Origin: Marsupella aquatica | Taxonomy: Eukaryota; Plantae; Marchantiophyta | Assembly: GCA_973895155.1 (NCBI GenBank) | Contig: OZ316893.1 | Span: 13,780,359 to 13,844,358 of the forward strand | Reading direction: 5' to 3' | DNA length: 64,000 bases | Part shown: positions 57,287 to 64,000 of the stretch, in pieces | How the letters are laid out: each line of letters opens with the position of its first letter | How positions within the stretch are numbered: the first letter of the stretch is position 1 | The notes under the pieces: model-generated | Database searches by the model: none | What the model saw: only the letters and a program-made list of their open reading frames with translations | Told to the model about the DNA's origin: nothing | Translations under genes and position numbers: made by a program

Positions 57287-57888
57287 CATAGAGAGGGAGG
57301 GGGGACTGAATTTTGTATATGTATGGGAGAGGCCAGCTCAACGGATGTTCATAACGATCTGAAATGTCAAACTTCTTTGGGGGAAGAAAAAGTACAATGC
57401 GTGATCAGGTAATTTTCTAAATGTTGATTTGAAATCAGAGTACATTTATTGCCATCCAACAAACTTGCTCTGGTAACCGAGAAAAAGGATCTCGAAACAC
57501 TTATGCGTTTTATTAAGAAGAGAAACATCACCTTTGGAAAAAAATAGAAAGAAAAAAAAGTAGAGCTAGAAGAATCCTAAAAGTGATATGCTAGTGGAGT
57601 TCATGTACTTTGAGCCCATAGTCTCTCGAGGCATGTGAGCTCCTGCAAGCTCAAGATTTTGTTTTTGAATTGGAAAGGTTCGCACTGTATAGCAAAGAGA
57701 ATAGAACCAACAAAGGGGTGGGCGTCTCAGACAGGGTAAGGCCTGGAATAGAAAGGCTATCCTTATAGACCCATCCATTGGGGTAAATGAGGCATACTCC
57801 CGGAAGCAAATGCAAAGCAAGCAAACAGTCCTCACGTAAAAGCAGAGCTAGAGCTTCATGCTCTACCCTATGGAGCTGCAATGCATCA

Positions 57889-58252
57889 GAGCATCTCAAC
57901 CCTTGGTTACAAAAAGTTACTTGGTTACAAAAAGTTGTGTCCAACCCATTCACTGTAATGCTATTGGGTTTTCAGGCATTGGATTGTTTTGGTTACTGGA
58001 TCTGTATTGGGAGACTATATATAGTTTTGACTATCTGTTGGGTTCGTTGCTGGGTTTTCATGATTGTAATCTAGGGTGGCTTATTTCCGGTGCGGAGGAA
58101 CCTTATCCAATAAGGGTTTGAGGGCTGAGTTTCATATGACCATGAGCTACTGATACTTACACTAGTACTTACAGGAAACTGAAAATAATGTGTGTTCAGA
58201 TTGGGTGTTTACTCCCTAAACTAATCAAAGCCAGTAACCTTTGGAGATGCTC
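57889..58252 (+). mobile_element. Tourist/PIF-Harbinger-like MITE, copy 2
   Basis: TIRs GAGCATCTCAA and TTGGAGATGCTC, similar to the widespread plant GAGCATCTCCAA MITE termini. Homologous to 49579-49930. Confidence 0.7.
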
Positions 58253-60804
58253 GTATGAGTGCACATCTAGTTCAACATACAATTGAAAACAAAAGCTATA
58301 TGGGTAACCATAGGGGCAGCCATCCGTGGTGGGAGCAGTGTTATGGGGAGGTCAGCCCCGACAAAAGTGTAGACCAGTGGGTCAGTACCAAAACCCTTTT
58401 TGAAACATTGTAGCACCATGTCTAGCGGCAGCATCTCAGCATGAATTTGGTCCTTGATTTTGTTCCATTCCTAGTAGAATGATGTAAAATCTCAGTCTGT
58501 GCCATATCTTGGCCGTGAGCTCATCTGAAGTTGTCATGATTTTATCCATGCATTGTGCACTTCTGAATTCCCTGGGGCCCTCACTCTATGGAAACTAATG
58601 GAACCTACCTGTGAACAGGCCCCTTCCCTATTTAGCCCTTCTTATTCCCCGTTTGCAATAAAAACAAATTCTCGTCTTACCTATAATATTCAGTAAGAAT
58701 TAGCTCAAAATGGATTTAAACTACCCTTTCGTTGTTTGCAGACTTAATGTAAACTGATGGCCCAACTTCCTCAAGTTGTAACCTGGGGCAACAGAGTGTC
58801 CCTGGAATTTGGTGAGGGACCAGAGTAGTCACTGAGAAAAGATTGGAAGGAGCAAGAACCAGTCTTCCCCTGACTCAAAATAGTCAATTTTTCTACTTCA
58901 GTATTGCAAATTCTCAAAAGACAGCATGGTTTCTAGAATAGACTCATATGTTTTAGAGTATTTTCTACACATGACTAGGGTTTCTAAATTAGGCTAGGAT
59001 CAAACATGGAAAACCAAAATACACTTAGCTAACCCCCCAAGCACATAGCTTTTACAGGCAATCTGAGGTAATATAAGTTGCTGACTGCCTCCAAATGAAG
59101 GAACCCATTTGAGTAGTTGAAGGTGTCATCAAGATGAGTGACGTGTGTGTCACAGCACGTGTCTCTCACTTTGCATCTCAGGATGGCACCTGCTGATCAA
59201 ATAGAGACATGGATTACTAGTCCAAAGAGGAAAATATGGGATTTCATGTCTGGTAGGTGGAGGGTGTTGCTTAATGTGTCATTTAGAGAGGATAGAGGCA
59301 GGCTCTAGCCAGCTGACGCACTAGTGAGTGAGACTGACAATTCAAAAGACCCACTAGTAGTTCCAAATGCCCCATTTGTGTTGAGACAGTATATCCAAAA
59401 TAGTGTGCCTAAGGATAGTCTTGAGAAGGCAGTCCCCGCCTTAAATTGCCTAGAGTGTGACCTTCCCTGCCAAAGCTCTCAATTGATCTTTTATTGAAAT
59501 AACATTAAAGCCTCCTTTTCACTTAGGAAGATTGACTGTGGGGAGCTTAAGGTGTCAAGCAGATTCCATCTGGTCAGCCCAAATGCAAATCTAGTAGTAA
59601 TTTTTTCCTAGGCCTGCAGTTCTGAGTCAACACCCGCCAGAATGCAAGAACATACCATAGTAGGCTGAAAATTGTATGATTGACAAGGGTGACTTGTTCA
59701 ATCAAAGATCTGGGTTGGTTTTTGAGTTAAACCACCACTAGCCAACACGAAACCTGGATCCCACCAGGTTTCACCATTAATAGTACTTATTTCCTAAAAT
59801 TATGGAGCAAAATGGCACCTTAGAGGAGAGGAATGAGTGGAATGTGAAAAATGGAGAAATTTGGATAATCCCCCCTTATATATGGCCAGTGGTGGTTTAA
59901 TGAGTTTATAGTATACACAGTTGCTCTGCCATCTGTTGATGAGACATCTGACCCCTAACCCACCCAGAAATGAAGACAGCAGCCACGGAGTCCCAGTTAC
60001 AAAAGATGCCTGATGCCTGGCCAAAGGTTTGGAATATTGTTTGCATCTATCAACATTAGTCAAGTCTGCCCTTACAATGGGGTTAATGTTGTCACTCTGA
60101 GCTCAACTTTTGCAATGTTCTCCGCTATGTGAGAGAGAGCCCCTACAGTACGGAATAAAACTAACCCAAATTATTGTTGAGTAACAATATTTCATGCACT
60201 CAAAACTAGGGTTAGAACAGATTTGTGTGAGTTTAAGTAACACTAATAGCATTGAGCACACAAGTACCTCACTTCAATGATACCTAACCTTTGTGGGATT
60301 AAATAGTTCATTTATGGTTTACGTCCCACCCTGGCCCTTCCATTTGACTTGGGGCATTTAGAGCAGTATAATAAGTATCTCCCATTCGAATGATTGAACT
60401 GCTTTTCAAGACTACACAGTCATGACCAGGTCCTATGCATTCTCTCGTGCTTTCGAGGAAGTCATGGGGCGGGGGGAAAAAGGTGCTAAGCATTCTTTTC
60501 TTCATTGAAGTTTTCTTAACAAACATTCAATGTAGGAGATACATTGAGAACAATAGAGCTCTTGAATCTTCAGTCCTTACTGACACATACAAAATAAAAC
60601 GGGTTTGAACACTCAAGCTTTTTACTTTTGAGTTACCCATTTAGCTAGGCATATTTCTTGTCCATAAATTTTTGCTCTCCACTATTGATTATGTGACCTA
60701 ATTTCATTGTGTTTTCTTCAAGAAATCTTTTGACCAGAACTTCTAGTGAGGTCAAGATGCAAACAATCAATAATGACCTAAGCATTGTGAGAGTGCTCAT
60801 TGTG

Positions 60805-60938
60805 AGAGCACTCCTTGTTAGTCAAGCATGTGCTGCAGGCAATTCCCATTTATCATGTTATGCATTTCAAAGCCTCAGGTGCCCTGGCTAAGAAGCTAAC
60901 TGTGCTCAGCCGTGACTTTTTGTGGGGTTATAATCCGG

Positions 60939-60970
<32 letters not shown>

Positions 60971-62768
60971 GGAAAATTCCCCTGGTGGCCTGGGCAGCTG
61001 TCTCTTCCGAAGGTGGAAAGGGGATTGGGCTTCAAAGATTTCAAGAGCCACTCGGATGCACTTCTTTCTCAGTGGTTTACTAAGGCGCTTAATTTGGCGC
61101 ATCTGGAGTGGTCAAAAATGCTTGCTGCCAATCTTTCTATCATGGGATGGTTAAACTACAAGGTTCTACGGCGGAACCACTACTCATTCAAAGATAAGCT
61201 TTTGATGTGCTCCCCTTGTACTGGGGGAGGCATCTTGTACACTGCTGGTCTTTGGAAGGCTTGGGAGCAGGTGCGAGCTAATCTCTCCTTTGTTCTCGGG
61301 CAGGGTGGGATTCCTAGGAGATGGAGCATTCAGGACACCCTCTGTTGTATGATAGACTTCAACTCACTGCCGAATGGGGATATCTTGGCAGTCACAGCAA
61401 TCTGTGGAAGACTGGGAATCAGGAGTATTAGTGATGGATGGTGCTGGGAGGGAAATTGCTGGAAGGACCTTCCCCTACGCTGGCACAATCTTCGAGTGTT
61501 TTCTGCAGAGCAACGAGCATTGACTACGACATTCTTGATGGCGATCTGGGGAACTGGCCCCTGTCTTATTGACTTGGATCCGGCTCCTACGAGATGGCGA
61601 TGGGCTGATAGAGATGTTCCTCTGAAGAATTTTAGTATTGCTAATTGTTGGTTGTATGAGTTCTTGAGACCAAAGGTGCTTGTCTTTAGGAGACTGAATC
61701 TTATTTGGTCATTGGCATGGATGGAGTTGGAGTGGAGTTCGCGGTGGCAAAAGCTGTGGGGGTCTGACCTTTCTGTCAGGGCTAAGACCTTCATCTGGAG
61801 GGTCATTGTGGGTGGTCTTTTCAAGGAGAGCGGGCTCTTAGAATTAAGGCCAGCGATGGGGAATGCAAGTACTATGTGGGCAGGATGAGTCTTTGCCTCA
61901 TCTGTTTTTTTAGCTGTGGTTTGCTGCGTGCAGCTTTATCAGGCGGTACTTGGGGACCTTCGCTCGCCATTGTAGACCTCGGGGGGTTGACTATCAAAAA
62001 TCTTAGGAACCACGTGCGATCCAAAATATGTATTTTTCATAGAAATTAGCTAAATTTTTAAAAAGCGTAGGAAGCAAAAGAAGGTATTATAGACCAATAT
62101 TTATAGAATATTCTCTAATATATATCTTTTATAAAGTAAAATAGGTCATTAATATTGAAAATAGAGAATGTTTTTGGAATATTCCCATTATAAAATAGGT
62201 GTGTTTATATTAGGCTAGGATCGCACGTGGTACCCCAAAATATACACTAAGTTAACCCCCCGAGTTGTAGACGACTTGCTGGGGAAAAGTGTAGTACACT
62301 CTGTTGTGCTGTACCAGATGCTGTGGCTTCTATGGACTGCTCGCAATGTGCACATGTTTCAACCTGGTGGCCATTGTACATTTGATTTTGGACTGCTTCT
62401 CTCAGAGATGGCTGTGCACTTATATACGCTGTCAGTCGTAGGCTTCTGGTCGGCAGGAAACACTCTCGGCTAACTCAAGCCAGGGAGCGGATTGATATGA
62501 ATCGCAAGAAGTGGTTCAGGTCGGATCAGAGGTGATTTGTCATGGGTGTTGCTTGAGGATTCTTTGGTTATTGCGTATTAGTGCTCATTGTTGGGTCATG
62601 ATTTGGCCTTGGTAGGTTTTTGTGCCCTCGTACGCCCAATGGTGTGTCAGGGGCGGTTGGGCATTGTCCCCTGTTTGTGCTCTGCCTCTTTTTGGTGTGC
62701 TGGTCTGTTTGTCCCCCCTATCCGTGGGGTTTCACGGTATTAAAATTTATTAAAAAATCCATTCCAAG
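60805..62768 (+). mobile_element. 5'-truncated L1-type LINE (ORF2 C-terminus with zf-RVT region), interrupted by a MITE
   Basis: ORF 60815-61888: LVKHVLQAIPIY...RDFLWG...LPKVERGLGFKDF...ALLSQW...WQKLWGSDLSVRAKTFIWR. It continues after the MITE (LWLLWTARNVHMF, ~62320). A-rich tail near 62750. Candidate TSD GAGA(G/A)TGCTCATTGTG at 60789-60804 and 62769-62784. Confidence 0.88.
61978..62264. mobile_element. 287-bp MITE with 8-bp TSD (hAT-like) nested in the LINE
   Basis: TIRs CTCGGGGGGTTGACT and AGTTAACCCCCCGAG. Perfect TSD TTGTAGAC at 61970-61977 and 62265-62272. Subterminal inverted repeat ACCACGTGCGATCC/GGATCGCACGTGGT; AT-rich core. Confidence 0.9.
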
Positions 62769-64000
62769 GAGAATGCTCATTGTGGAAAAATAGTCTAAGG
62801 TTTATAAATGAGGCCTGGCCCTGTGTTCATAATCTCCTCCAAGAAGTGTGCTAGCTACTATGACTAGCAAAGCTACCAGACTACCAAAGAAACTTCCAAC
62901 ATCTCAAAATGATGGAACGTCAACCGTCTCTCACAAAGTGTCAACCTTTCTTCCTCTCATGAGAGTAGTTGTAAGCTTTGAGTCGTTTGTCTGGACTACC
63001 ATTTTTAGTTGTTTCATTGTGCACCTTTATGGAGGCTGTTGTCTCCTTTAAGTGTCAGTGAAGCTTGCCTTTCCCAAAAAGACAAAATCAAAAAGGATCC
63101 TTTGTCTGGAATATACAGTCAACAGTTTAGCAAAGATATTGCTAAAGATATTCTGGATGTTTTTCCAGTGTTTTCTCCCCTTTCTCGGGTCTCCTGCCTT
63201 TGGGGACTGGGGTCTTTGTCCCGGGTTGGCCCTGTTTATTGGCAGTATATATATAAATATTGCTGTGAAGATGTGTAGTTAAGTACTGCACATGAACATG
63301 TCTCACAGTGGACTTGTTGCTCCGCTCATGGTAGACAGTGCCTTGTGATAGCAGAAATTTTCATAATATATGGCTGGGCAAGGTACCAGTAAGTCATATC
63401 ATTGAAATTGTGTAACAAGTATGAAACGCTTCCCCTCGGATGTGGGTGTCTCTCTCAAGCAGGGTTTCCCATCTTTCTTACAAAAAACAAGTGATCAAAC
63501 ACTTCCCCTTGGCTAGAATAATCTCAAGGTAGAGGTTTGTAGTTTTCCTTTCAAATGTTCATGACATACATTGGACATAATCTTCATGGGGATTCCCTTT
63601 AAAAAAAGAGGAAGAATGTTTTTATTCTTACATCAGTTCACGAACTCTGATCTCGTTTTGGAGGGATTAAGACACCTATGCACTTCTTTTGTCTTCTCTT
63701 TCTTGGGTGGGGAGGGGGGGATAGTTGACATCTATCCACTTTTCCCAGCTTGGGGGTTTGAAACATGAAGAAAAGTGGCCGCCTTTTCAAATCCAGTGAA
63801 ATTCCTTGGGTGTTCCCATGTTGCGAGGACCATTAAAGCAAAAAGACATTCTCATGTAGTGAAAGGAGTTTTTCCTCATTTCTCATTTGTCATATGGAAA
63901 GGAATGCCCTTTTCAAATTGGCTGGGATTCTTGTTGTCTTGTTATGCAATAAGGACGGGCTGAATGTAGTTTTTTGTTGGGGGGAGGTCGCTATTGTATT

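Noticed and set aside
61330-61824. 164-aa minus-strand ORF
   Set aside because: Antisense shadow of LINE ORF2.

Overview
Eukaryotic nuclear DNA from a land plant. A bryophyte/liverwort-like genome is an inference from gene style and composition. Five protein-coding genes can be spliced by hand with canonical GT-AG introns: mitochondrial ribosomal protein L47 (+, 3 exons), casein kinase II alpha with a plastid-type N-terminal extension (-, 10 exons), NADH-cytochrome b5 reductase (-, 9 exons), an endosulfine/ARPP-19 family protein (-, 6 exons) and a ZF-HD homeobox factor with an intronless CDS (-). Intergenic DNA is rich in decayed elements: a Helitron 3' end, a copia RNase H remnant, a 5'-truncated LINE with a nested TIR MITE, Tourist-like and MULE-like MITEs, pogo-like transposase relics and several minisatellite arrays. 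The most interesting locus is CK2-alpha. It has two in-frame starts with a uORF overlapping the first, a duplicated frameshifted exon with intact splice sites only 53 nt from the real exon, and a candidate 21-nt in-frame microexon. All calls come from reading the sequence by eye; no database search was run.
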